Part shown: piece after piece, positions 20,119 to 28,058 of the stretch
How positions within the stretch are numbered: position 1 is the first letter of the stretch
Layout: the number at the start of each line of letters is the position of its first letter
Origin: an uncultured Acidimicrobiia bacterium
Lineage (GTDB): Bacteria; Actinomycetota; Acidimicrobiia; Spongiisociales; JAENVV01
Direction: 5' to 3'
DNA: 64,000 nucleotides
NCBI GenBank assembly: GCA_964600365.1
Contig: CAZRJG010000003.1
Location: 30,001 to 94,000, forward strand
Position numbers and translations under genes: made by a program
The notes under the pieces: generated by a model
Databases searched by the model: none
What the model was told of the DNA's origin: nothing
The model's input: only the letters and a program-made list of their open reading frames with translations

Positions 20119-20262
20119 GATCCTGCCTTTCGTGTTCGATCAGTCAGGTGCATCGTGCCTCGCTGGAACGCTCCTGTGAATCGGGAATCACCCTGAGGCG
20201 ACCCTGAGCGCATCGGGGGTCGTCATTCGGTGGCGATGCGCGTAGCCGATACGCTGCCCCCC

Positions 20263-20886
20263 ATGGAGGCAGCGATCTGGTTCGAGGTGGTGGGCTACGT
20301 CGCCTCGGCGCTCATCGCGATCTCGATCCTCCAGCAGTCGATCCTTCGGTTGCGGATCATCGGGCTCGTGGGGTCGGTGGTGTTCGTCGTGTATGGCCTG
20401 CTCATCGGCGCCTACCCGGTGGTGCTCATGAACGCATTGATCGTCGTGATCCATGTCGTGTACCTGCGTCGGCTCTCCACGCGCGTCGAGGAGCATCTCT
20501 CGTTCCTCCCCGCCGAGCCAGGCGATCCCTACCTTGAGCGCTTCCTCGACTTCCATGCCGCTGACCTCGAGCGCTTCTTCGGCCCTGGCGCTGCCGTCAC
20601 GCCTTCCTCGGTTGTGGTGTTCGTCCTCCGCGATCTCGTCCCGGCGGGACTGCTCGTCGCCGAACGTGACGGGGCCGATCTCCGGGTGGTGGTGGACTAC
20701 GCCATCCCCCGGTACCGCGACCTCGTGCTCGGTCGCCACCTGTACGCCCACCTCGGGGAGGCAGTGGACCTCGGGGGCATCGCCCGGATCGTCACCGAGG
20801 CGCGACACCCTGCGCATCTCCGGTACCTGAGCCGCGTGGGCTTCACACAGGATGCGTCAGGTGCCTGGGTGCGACCGGTTGCCTGA
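20263..20886 (+). CDS. YgjV-like inner-membrane protein with a soluble GNAT-like C-terminal domain
   Basis: 'VVGYVASALIAISI...LRLRIIGLVGS..FVVYGLLIGAYPVVLMNA' (PQ-loop/YgjV-like). C-terminal 'HLRYLSRVGF'. TACGCT -10 lies 7 nt before ATG 20263. Confidence 0.6.
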   Translation: MEAAIWFEVVGYVASALIAISILQQSILRLRIIGLVGSVVFVVYGLLIGAYPVVLMNALIVVIHVVYLRRLSTRVEEHLSFLPAEPGDPYLERFLDFHAADLERFFGPGAAVTPSSVVVFVLRDLVPAGLLVAERDGADLRVVVDYAIPRYRDLVLGRHLYAHLGEAVDLGGIARIVTEARHPAHLRYLSRVGFTQDASGAWVRPVA

Positions 20887-21411
20887 GGTCCGTGCCCACG
20901 CCACCGAAGCGGCCAGCGACGCCCCGGCGAGGTTCACGACGAAGTCCATCATCGTGTCGGTGTAGCCGCCCACGTTGGTGTCGAAGAGGGACGCTCCGAT
21001 GAACTCGCCGATCTCGATGAGCGCGCCGAGGCCTGAGGCGACGAGGGCTGCGACCGTTGCCCGTGCACGCCCCGGGAGGGCGTCCAGGAGGTCCCACGCC
21101 GCCCACCCGGTGATGGCGGCGGCGGAGAAGTGCTGGAGGTCGTCGACCCAGATGGGTCCTGCAAGGGGGAACACGTAGAACTGGTCCCCCCCGACCACGA
21201 GGACACCAGCGACCAGGTTGCCCAGCGCCGCGGCGGTCAAGCCCCAACGGACGCGGCCGCGGAGGTGGAGGCGCCGATCGATCCACTCCAGGAGCAGGGC
21301 GTAGGTGATCGTCAGGGGGACGTAGAACCACGTGAACGGACTGTCGACGAGGGAGCCGTACACCCCTGCTGCGGCTGCGGCGACGACGAGTGCCCAGGAC
21401 GCCCGATGCAC
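20857..21411 (-). CDS. Integral membrane protein (DUF2238/VanZ-like)
   Basis: 5-6 TM helices, 'DDLQHF', 'LIEIGEF' and 'YTDTMMDFVVNLAG'. Confidence 0.6.
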   Translation of the reverse strand: MHRASWALVVAAAAAGVYGSLVDSPFTWFYVPLTITYALLLEWIDRRLHLRGRVRWGLTAAALGNLVAGVLVVGGDQFYVFPLAGPIWVDDLQHFSAAAITGWAAWDLLDALPGRARATVAALVASGLGALIEIGEFIGASLFDTNVGGYTDTMMDFVVNLAGASLAASVAWARTSGNRSHPGT

Positions 21412-21413
21412 GC

Positions 21414-22019
21414 CTAGAGCAACCCTTGCCTGGAGGCCCAGACGATTGCCCCGGTCCTTCCGTTGACGTCGAGTCGGCGATAGAGGCGCTGGAGCACCCG
21501 GAACATCTCACGCTCCGAGTACCCGGCGTCGACCGCGATCGTCGGGACGGTGACCCCCGAGGCCAGCTGGCGGAGCCATCCGATCTCCTGGTCGTTCACC
21601 CAGGCGTTGGGGTCGGCGGCCGGGGGCACGAACGCGGCCATGGCCGCTGCGATGTCGGCCGACATGACAGCCATGCCGTCGAGCGCGGCCTCCACCGCCG
21701 TCACGAGTCGCTCCTCGGGGTCGTCCTCACCGATGGCAGTGATGGCACCGAGTCGGATGAGGTCAGCGATGGGGCCCACTCCTCCCTCGGGGGAGACGGC
21801 GATCAGCGGCACGTGTGGGTGGTCTTCGCAGAAGGTCCTCACGGAGTCGGCGACGCCCTCGTCGCGGACGACGACCACCACGACGGCACCTCCCACGCCG
21901 GGCTTCCACTCCGCGAGGCTTGGGATCGGCACGGAGGGGTACCCCGCGTCGCCGATCACGGCGGCGATGCCCCGGAGCACGGTGGGCGACTTCGCGTGGA
22001 CTCCGACGGTTGCCTCCAT
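21414..22019 (-). CDS. Atypical NarL/LuxR-type regulator (degenerate receiver plus HTH)
   Basis: C-terminal 'QEIGWLRQLASGVTVPTIAVDAGYSEREMFRVLQRLYRRLDVNGRTGAIVWASRQGLL' is a LuxR HTH. The N-terminal receiver-like domain lacks the acidic phospho-pocket. Confidence 0.7.
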   Translation of the reverse strand: MEATVGVHAKSPTVLRGIAAVIGDAGYPSVPIPSLAEWKPGVGGAVVVVVVRDEGVADSVRTFCEDHPHVPLIAVSPEGGVGPIADLIRLGAITAIGEDDPEERLVTAVEAALDGMAVMSADIAAAMAAFVPPAADPNAWVNDQEIGWLRQLASGVTVPTIAVDAGYSEREMFRVLQRLYRRLDVNGRTGAIVWASRQGLL

Positions 22020-22037
22020 GGCGTGAGCGTACCGACG

Positions 22038-22074
22038 TGGCAGGACCCTGCCAGCGTCTCGGCATGGCCTGCCA
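22038..22074. promoter_or_regulatory. Tandem GGCA-N5/6-TGCC palindromic boxes (candidate operator)
   Basis: TGGCAGG-AC-CCTGCCA (22038-22053, perfect 7-bp arms) and GGCA-TGGCC-TGCC (22061-22073), between two divergent genes. Confidence 0.4.
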
Positions 22075-22183
22075 TATCACGGCACGGCTCCGGCGTGTCG
22101 TGTCATGGACGTGCGCCCCCTCACGGGGGGATGCTGTGGTCGTTCCCCAGATCGGGGACGCAAGATCGCTCAGGAGGCGTGGG

Positions 22184-23005
22184 ATGTCAGAACAAGGTGT
22201 GGGTAGTCGGGTACAGAGTGGGATCGTCGGCCTCTTGAAGGGCACCGGCGGGATCGTACGCGGCGCTGCCGAAGTGGTGCGGGACGCCGTGGTCACCACG
22301 GTGAAGGGCGTTGGCGACATCGGCGGGACCATCGCAGGCACCGTCGCAGACGTCGTCGGTGGGGCGCTCGGCGCCGTGACTGAGGTCGGGACCGGCCTCG
22401 TTCGCACGGTAAAGGGTGTCGTCATCGGCCTCGTCGAGGGCGTCGGTGAGGTCGCCACCGTGACGGTGGGCACCATCTCGGAGATCGTTCGCTCGGTCAT
22501 CAAGAGCGTCGGCGGTGTCGGCGAGGATGCCGCTCGGACGGCCGCTGCGGTCGCCGAGGGCGTCATCAGCGCCACGAAGAACACCGGTGTGAGTCTCGCC
22601 GAAGGCGTGGTCGCGCTCGGGCGGTCGGCGATCGGTGGCGCCAAGGAGATCGGTGGCGACGTGGTGGCAACCGCCTCGGGCACGGTCTCGGGTGTGGTGA
22701 CCGGCGTGGCCGAGGTCGGTGGCGATGTGCTCGCAGCAGTGCGTGACACCGCTCGTGGCCTGGTGCAGGGTGCGGGCGAGGTGGGCGCCGACGTGGTGGA
22801 GGTCACGAAGGGTGCGATCACGGGTGCCATCGGCGGTGCCAAGGAGATCGGCATCAGTGTCGAGGACGCTGCAGAGGCCGCTGCCAAGGGTGCCCTCGAG
22901 GCCGCCGAGGAGATCGGAGAGAAGGCCGTCCACGCGGTCACGGATGTGGCGGCGTCGGGTGTCGGCGGTGTGAAGAACATTCTCAAGGGCAACCAGGACA
23001 CGTAG
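22184..23005 (+). CDS. Gly/Val/Ala/Thr-rich protein of 11 tandem 22-residue repeats, unknown function
   Basis: AGGAGG RBS and ATG 22184. An x-[ED/G/N]-[IV/T]-G motif recurs exactly every 22 aa (positions 22, 44, ... 242). Confidence 0.75.
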   Translation: MSEQGVGSRVQSGIVGLLKGTGGIVRGAAEVVRDAVVTTVKGVGDIGGTIAGTVADVVGGALGAVTEVGTGLVRTVKGVVIGLVEGVGEVATVTVGTISEIVRSVIKSVGGVGEDAARTAAAVAEGVISATKNTGVSLAEGVVALGRSAIGGAKEIGGDVVATASGTVSGVVTGVAEVGGDVLAAVRDTARGLVQGAGEVGADVVEVTKGAITGAIGGAKEIGISVEDAAEAAAKGALEAAEEIGEKAVHAVTDVAASGVGGVKNILKGNQDT

Positions 23006-23029
23006 CCCTTCGCCCGTCACGACGATGCC

Positions 23030-23060
23030 CGTGGGCCCGACGTTTAACGTCGGGCCCACG
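23030..23060. repeat. Perfect 15-bp inverted repeat with 1-nt spacer (terminator- or operator-like)
   Basis: CGTGGGCCCGACGTT-T-AACGTCGGGCCCACG. Confidence 0.85.
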
Positions 23061-23089
23061 TCACGTCCCAAGTTCCGTAGGGAGATCGA

Positions 23090-24289
23090 ATGAGACTCGG
23101 AGTCCTCTCACGGGCCCCACAGGCATACAGCACTCAGCGACTTGTCACCGCGGCGCGCGACAGGGGCCACGAGGTCCGGGTACTCAACACCCTGCGCTTC
23201 GCCATCGACCTCTCCGGCGACGAACCCGACCTCCAGTACCGGGGCCGGCCCCTCTCCGACTACGACGCAGTTCTGCCGCGGATCGGGGCGTCGATCACCT
23301 TCTTCGGACTCGCAGTGGTCCGACAGTTCGAGCAGATGGACGTGTACTCGCCGAACACGGCGAACGGCATCGCGAACTCGAGGGACAAGTTGCGGTCGAT
23401 CCAGATCCTCTCTCGCCACGACGTCGGCATCCCGGCGACGACCTTCGTGCGCGATCGGGCGGACGTGCTCCCGGCGATCGAACGGGTGGGGGGTGCGCCC
23501 GTGGTGATCAAGCTCTTGGAGGGGACGCAGGGGATCGGGGTGATCCTCGCTCCCGACACCAAGGTCGCTGAGGCAGTGATCGAGACCCTGCAGAGCACGA
23601 AGCAGAACGTCCTGATCCAGCGGTTCGTCGCCGAGTCGAAGGGGCGCGACATCCGCGCCCTTGTGGTCGGCGATCGGGTCGTGGGCGCCATGCGGCGAGT
23701 GGCACAAGGTGACGAGTTTCGGTCCAACGTGCACCGTGGGGGAAGGGCCGAGGCGATTGAGATCGACCCCGAGTTCGAGCGGGTCGCCGTCCAGGCCGCG
23801 CAGATCATGGGGCTCCGGGTGGCGGGCGTCGACATGCTCGAGGGCGATGACGGGCCGCTGGTGATGGAGGTGAACTCCTCTCCCGGGCTCGAAGGCATCG
23901 AGACCTCGACCGGACTCGACATCGCTGGGGCCATCGTCGACTTCATCTCCTCGCAGGTGGACTTCCCCGAGCTCGACATCCGCCAGCGCCTCACCGTGTC
24001 CACCAACTACGGGGTATCGGAGATCATCATCAACGAGGGGATCGACCTCGCGGGGAAGTCGATCACCGATTCGGGGCTCCGCGAACGGGACGTCGTCGTC
24101 CTCACCCTTACGAGGAATGCGAAGGTCGTCCCCAACCCCAGGGGCGACCGGGTCCTCGAGCTTGGCGACAAGCTCCTGTGCTTCGGCAGGCTGGAGTCGA
24201 TGCGCCAACTCGTCCCTCAGCGCCGTAGGCGGCGTGCGCCGAGGCTGCGGCCCCTCCCGGATGAGCCGATCCACGAGAGCGGAGACTGA
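23090..24289 (+). CDS. rimK: RimK-family ATP-grasp alpha-L-glutamate ligase with C-terminal RCK_C (TrkA_C) domain
   Basis: 'YSTQRL', 'AVLPRIGASITFFG', 'SRDKLRSIQIL', 'KLLEGTQGIGV', 'FRSNVHRGG' and 'EVNSSPGLEGIE'. Extra C-terminal 'LAGKSITDSGLRERDVVVLTLTR...NPRGDRVLELGDKLLCFG'. Confidence 0.9.
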   Translation: MRLGVLSRAPQAYSTQRLVTAARDRGHEVRVLNTLRFAIDLSGDEPDLQYRGRPLSDYDAVLPRIGASITFFGLAVVRQFEQMDVYSPNTANGIANSRDKLRSIQILSRHDVGIPATTFVRDRADVLPAIERVGGAPVVIKLLEGTQGIGVILAPDTKVAEAVIETLQSTKQNVLIQRFVAESKGRDIRALVVGDRVVGAMRRVAQGDEFRSNVHRGGRAEAIEIDPEFERVAVQAAQIMGLRVAGVDMLEGDDGPLVMEVNSSPGLEGIETSTGLDIAGAIVDFISSQVDFPELDIRQRLTVSTNYGVSEIIINEGIDLAGKSITDSGLRERDVVVLTLTRNAKVVPNPRGDRVLELGDKLLCFGRLESMRQLVPQRRRRRAPRLRPLPDEPIHESGD

Positions 24290-25257
24290 TGCCCCCCAAG
24301 CGCCTGCCGTTCTCCATCGCAGGGCACGCTGTGAGCGGTGGTCGGCGAAAACGGATCGAGCTACCGATCGCCAAGATGATGTCGGGGGCGCCCGTTTCGC
24401 TTCCGATCATCGTGTGGCACGGCAAGACGAAGGGCCCCACGACGTGGGTGAGCGCCGCCATCCACGGCGACGAGATCGAGGGAACCGAGATCGTGCGTCG
24501 CGTTGCCGGCCAGTTGAGTGCCCAACGGATGCGTGGGACGGTGATCGCGATCCCTGTGGTGAACGTGTTCGGGTTCAACACCGGCGATCGGTACCTCCCC
24601 GACCGGCGGGATCTCAACAGGTCGTTCCCGGGCTCTCAGCGTGGGTCGCTCGCCTCCCGGCTGAGCTATCTCATGATGGACCGGATCGTGAGCCGCTGTG
24701 AGTACGGGATCGACCTCCACACCGGCTCCGACCATCGGGTGAACCTCCCCCAGATCCGGGCCGACCTCGACGACCCCGAGACCCTCGAGCTCGCGCACGC
24801 GTTCGGCGCTCCGGTCGCGGTGCATTCCAGGACTCGTGACGGTTCCCTCAGGCAGGCGGCAACCGAGCGCGGGGCGAAGGTCTTGCTGTACGAGGGCGGT
24901 GAGGCCTGGCGATTCGACGAAGGTTCGGTCTCGGCCGGAGTGGAGGGCGTGCTGCGCGTCCTCGCCAAGTGTGGGCACATCGAGGGCGTCGATCCCAGCG
25001 GCCGCCCCACGCTCGTGGCCCAGAAGTCCAAGTGGATCCGATCGGGGCGGTCGGGGATTGCCCAGCTCCTCGTGGGCCTCGGTGCGTGCGTCGAGAAGGG
25101 CCAGCCGGTCGCGAGGGTCCACGATACGTTCGGCAAGATGCTCACCGAGGTGAAGTCGCGGACCAGCGGGATCGTCATCGGCCACACGCAGCATCCGCTG
25201 GTGAACCAGGGGGATGCGCTCCTGCACATCGGCGAGGTGGACTGCTCGCCGTCCTGA
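24289..25257 (+). CDS. Succinylglutamate desuccinylase / aspartoacylase family (M14) protein
   Basis: 'AAIHGDE', 'RRDLNRSFPG', 'IDLHTG' and 'YEGGE', plus a C-terminal biotinyl-like hairpin. ATG overlaps the rimK stop. Confidence 0.9.
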   Translation: MPPKRLPFSIAGHAVSGGRRKRIELPIAKMMSGAPVSLPIIVWHGKTKGPTTWVSAAIHGDEIEGTEIVRRVAGQLSAQRMRGTVIAIPVVNVFGFNTGDRYLPDRRDLNRSFPGSQRGSLASRLSYLMMDRIVSRCEYGIDLHTGSDHRVNLPQIRADLDDPETLELAHAFGAPVAVHSRTRDGSLRQAATERGAKVLLYEGGEAWRFDEGSVSAGVEGVLRVLAKCGHIEGVDPSGRPTLVAQKSKWIRSGRSGIAQLLVGLGACVEKGQPVARVHDTFGKMLTEVKSRTSGIVIGHTQHPLVNQGDALLHIGEVDCSPS

Positions 25258-25342
25258 TCGGCTCGTGGCGCCTGCGGGCGCGCTCGCTACATTCTCTCGA
25301 ACGTTGTGTAGGACGTTCTCTCGAGGGCTGTCCCGCAGTCCC

Positions 25343-25415
25343 GGGCCTCTAGCTCAATTGGCAGAGCAACGGACTTTTAATCCGCAGGTTCAGGGTTCGA
25401 GTCCCTGGAGGCCCA
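25343..25415 (+). tRNA. tRNA-Lys (anticodon UUU), CCA not encoded
   Basis: GGGCCTCTAGCTCAATTGGCAGAGCAACGGACTTTTAATCCGCAGGTTCAGGGTTCGAGTCCCTGGAGGCCCA folds as a cloverleaf with T-loop GTTCGAG and anticodon loop CTTTTAA. Confidence 0.97.
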
Positions 25416-25499
25416 CCCAGCATCCACGAGGCATTTCTCCTCATCAAGGTCGAGCGGCGAAGTGGCATCTGTCACGAGCTTCCGACAGTCGTTGCGCTG

Positions 25500-25750
25500 T
25501 CGTCACCAAGGTCGCCCTCTGAGGTCGTCGGACTCGTCGTCGAGGTCTGCCGAAGGCCGCGACACCCGCTGCATTGACGACGCCGTCGAGGCCGCCGAAC
25601 CGGTCGACGGTGGGTCCGATGCGAGACGCTGCAGCACGGAGCCCGGTTGGCATCTCGTCGGGCGAGCATCAGGGAGGCCGCCCGGGACGTGAGATCCTCG
25701 GCGATCGCGCCGCCGGCACGCTGGAACCGCCGAGGACGAGCACGTGAAGG
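25500..25750 (-). pseudogene. Highly degraded short-chain dehydrogenase/reductase (SDR) relic
   Basis: Three successive frames read 'HVLVLGGSS', 'GGAIAEDLTSRAASLMLARRD' and 'TVDRFGGLDGVVNAAGVAAFG'. These match SDR N-terminal Rossmann motifs, broken by frameshifts and a deletion. Boundaries are approximate. Confidence 0.6.
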
Positions 25751-25841
25751 GGAGAGATCGATCGAGGGAATGTCAGCTTCCGTTCGGGCCCAGTGGATGC
25801 GGAGCCGGGGTGGGCTCCGGATTGCCCCGTAGGCTTCCGTG

Positions 25842-26999
25842 ATGCGCAAGACGCTCGGCTGGATCGGAGGGGCGCTGGTCCTCGTGGTCGTCGTCGCCCT
25901 CGCGCACGCGTACCTGTTCTACCCGGCGGAGTACGTGACGAGGGTGCTCAGGCTCGGTGACGCAGACATCGGTGATGTCGAGGTGTTCCCCGCTCGCAGG
26001 GTCGCAGCGCCGTCGGAGGCGCGAGAGCTTCCGATGGGCTCTGCTCCCGTCGACGCTGCGTTCACCACCCTGGGCCGGGGAGACCTCGATGCCTTCTTGG
26101 AGGAAACCGACTCGAGGGCCTTCCTGGTGATCCGCGACGGCTCCCTGCTCGCCGAGCGATACGTGCTCGGTGCCGATGACTCCACTGTGCTCAGCTCCTT
26201 CTCGGTCGCCAAGTCATTCGGGTCGGTTGTCGTGGCCCACCTCGTCGGGAAGGGGTTGCTGGACTTCGATGACCCGATCACCACCCACCTCCCCGAACTG
26301 GCGGCGCGTCCGGGGTTCGAGGACATCACGATCGCGCACCTCCTCGACATGTCGTCGGGGATCGCGTACTCGGAGTTCCCGTGGGTGATCGGTGACGATG
26401 CAAAGACGTACTACTTCCCCGACCTCCGGGCGCTTGCGCTCGAGCAGACCGAGGTGGTCGGCACGCCGGGTTCGGTCATGCGCTACAACAACTACCACCC
26501 GCTCCTCCTCGGCGTGATCATCGAGCGGGTCGCGGGGACCTCGGTGAGCGAGGTGCTGGCAGAGGTGGTCTGGCAGCCGATGGGTGCCGAGGAGGACGGC
26601 TCCTGGAGCCTCGATGAGCGAGGATTCGAGAAGATGGAGTCGGGCATCAACGGGATCGCCCGGGACTTCGGCCGGTTCGGGCTCTTCATGCTCGACGCAC
26701 TCGAAGGGGAGGGTGCGCTTCCCGTCGAGTACGTGGACGCGATCACCGTGCCGTACCGGTCGGGGGACGCCGAGTACTACGAGCAGTGGATGGTCGACAC
26801 CGACGTGACCTACTCGCGGATGTGGTGGCAGGCGACCGGGGACGGGTTCACCGATCTCATCGCCTTCGGGAACCACGGCCAGTTGGTCTATGTCGCCCCG
26901 CGCTCGGATGCCGTAGTGGTGCGGTTGGGCGCGTCCTATGGCATCTCGTTCGACGAGTGGATCCCATTGCTGCGGGATCTCGTGTCCGCGTTGGACTGA
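25842..26999 (+). CDS. Serine hydrolase, beta-lactamase class C / NylB-like, N-terminal anchor
   Basis: SxxK 'SFSVAKS', YxN 'RYNN', 'LLDMSSG' and 'AFGNHGQ'. TAGGCT -10 lies 6 nt before the ATG. Confidence 0.88.
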   Translation: MRKTLGWIGGALVLVVVVALAHAYLFYPAEYVTRVLRLGDADIGDVEVFPARRVAAPSEARELPMGSAPVDAAFTTLGRGDLDAFLEETDSRAFLVIRDGSLLAERYVLGADDSTVLSSFSVAKSFGSVVVAHLVGKGLLDFDDPITTHLPELAARPGFEDITIAHLLDMSSGIAYSEFPWVIGDDAKTYYFPDLRALALEQTEVVGTPGSVMRYNNYHPLLLGVIIERVAGTSVSEVLAEVVWQPMGAEEDGSWSLDERGFEKMESGINGIARDFGRFGLFMLDALEGEGALPVEYVDAITVPYRSGDAEYYEQWMVDTDVTYSRMWWQATGDGFTDLIAFGNHGQLVYVAPRSDAVVVRLGASYGISFDEWIPLLRDLVSALD

Positions 27000-28016
27000 T
27001 CAGTCGATCTCGCGACGGCCCTTGGGGTCGGCGACCCGCATGACGGCCTGGGCGGGAAGGAAGGCGAGGTGGGCGAGCCCGCCGAGGCCTTTTCCGGCCA
27101 ACCGTCCGACCCTCCGCATCGAAAGGACCTTCGGCCCGCCCACGAACCCGCGCCGGGTGAAGTAGACCCACAGACCGAGGCCGATGGCTGCCATCGCCCC
27201 GAGTACGACGAAGTAGGCGTTGGGCTCGTCGAGTTCGGGCATCCGGGCGAAGTTCATCCCGTAGACGCCGGCAATGAGGGAGAGCGGCAGGATGATTGCC
27301 GAGAAGACCGCGAGGATCTTCATGATCTCGTTCGTACCCTCCGCGACCGTGCTCCGGTATGTCTCGAGCACCGATGCGAGCATCGACCTGCCGGACTCGA
27401 GCATCTCGATGATTCGGGCGTGGTCCCATTGGGCGCTCTCCGCCCGGCGACGGGCGTCGCCCGCGACCGACGGGTCCGCGGCATAGACCCGGATCGCATC
27501 GGCCTGGGGGACGAAGTAGCGCCGGAGCATCGCGAGGTCTCTTCGCAGGGGCTGCACGAGGGCAGGCACAGATGCGTCGCCTCCGATTGCGAGGTCTTCG
27601 ATGCGCTCGGCCTCCTCGTCGAATGCGAGGAGGAGCGAGAGAGTGCGGCGACCGAGGAGCTCGAGGATCCGACTCACGGCGTCGTGGGGCCCCGGCTCGG
27701 GCTGCTCGGAAATCGCTGCCCACACGAGGTCGAGCCCCGGGAGTTGGGCCTCATGGACAGTGAGGAGGAGTCCCGGTCGCATGACGATGTCCACCTCCCC
27801 GACGGTGAGGCGATCGCCCGTCGGAAGCGGAGTCATGGCCACGATGAATGACTCGGCTCCCCTGATCTCCGCCCTGGGCAGCTCGCCGCGCTGGAGGAGG
27901 TCGTCGACGAGGAACGCATCGAGGTCGAGTCGTTCGGCGAGGGCGAGGAGGTCGGTGTCGTCAGTGCTCCGCACATCGATCCACGTCCAGCCGTCGAACT
28001 GTTGCGTCCGCTCCAT
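27000..28016 (-). CDS. corA: CorA-family Mg2+/Co2+ transporter
   Basis: 'TNEIMKILAVFSAIILPLSLIAGVYGMNF..MPEL' carries the GMN signature. Confidence 0.9.
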   Translation of the reverse strand: MERTQQFDGWTWIDVRSTDDTDLLALAERLDLDAFLVDDLLQRGELPRAEIRGAESFIVAMTPLPTGDRLTVGEVDIVMRPGLLLTVHEAQLPGLDLVWAAISEQPEPGPHDAVSRILELLGRRTLSLLLAFDEEAERIEDLAIGGDASVPALVQPLRRDLAMLRRYFVPQADAIRVYAADPSVAGDARRRAESAQWDHARIIEMLESGRSMLASVLETYRSTVAEGTNEIMKILAVFSAIILPLSLIAGVYGMNFARMPELDEPNAYFVVLGAMAAIGLGLWVYFTRRGFVGGPKVLSMRRVGRLAGKGLGGLAHLAFLPAQAVMRVADPKGRREID

Positions 28017-28058
28017 GGGTCGCAGGATGCCCGATCCGATCGGCGCTTCCGCGGACCG

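Noticed and set aside
25343-27000. Integrated genomic island or prophage at tRNA-Lys
   Set aside because: No integrase, no duplicated tRNA 3' end and no obvious compositional shift. Only the SDR relic is supportable.
27000-28016. Co-occurrence of CorA and MgtE as a special Mg system
   Set aside because: They are 33 kb apart and both are common housekeeping transporters.
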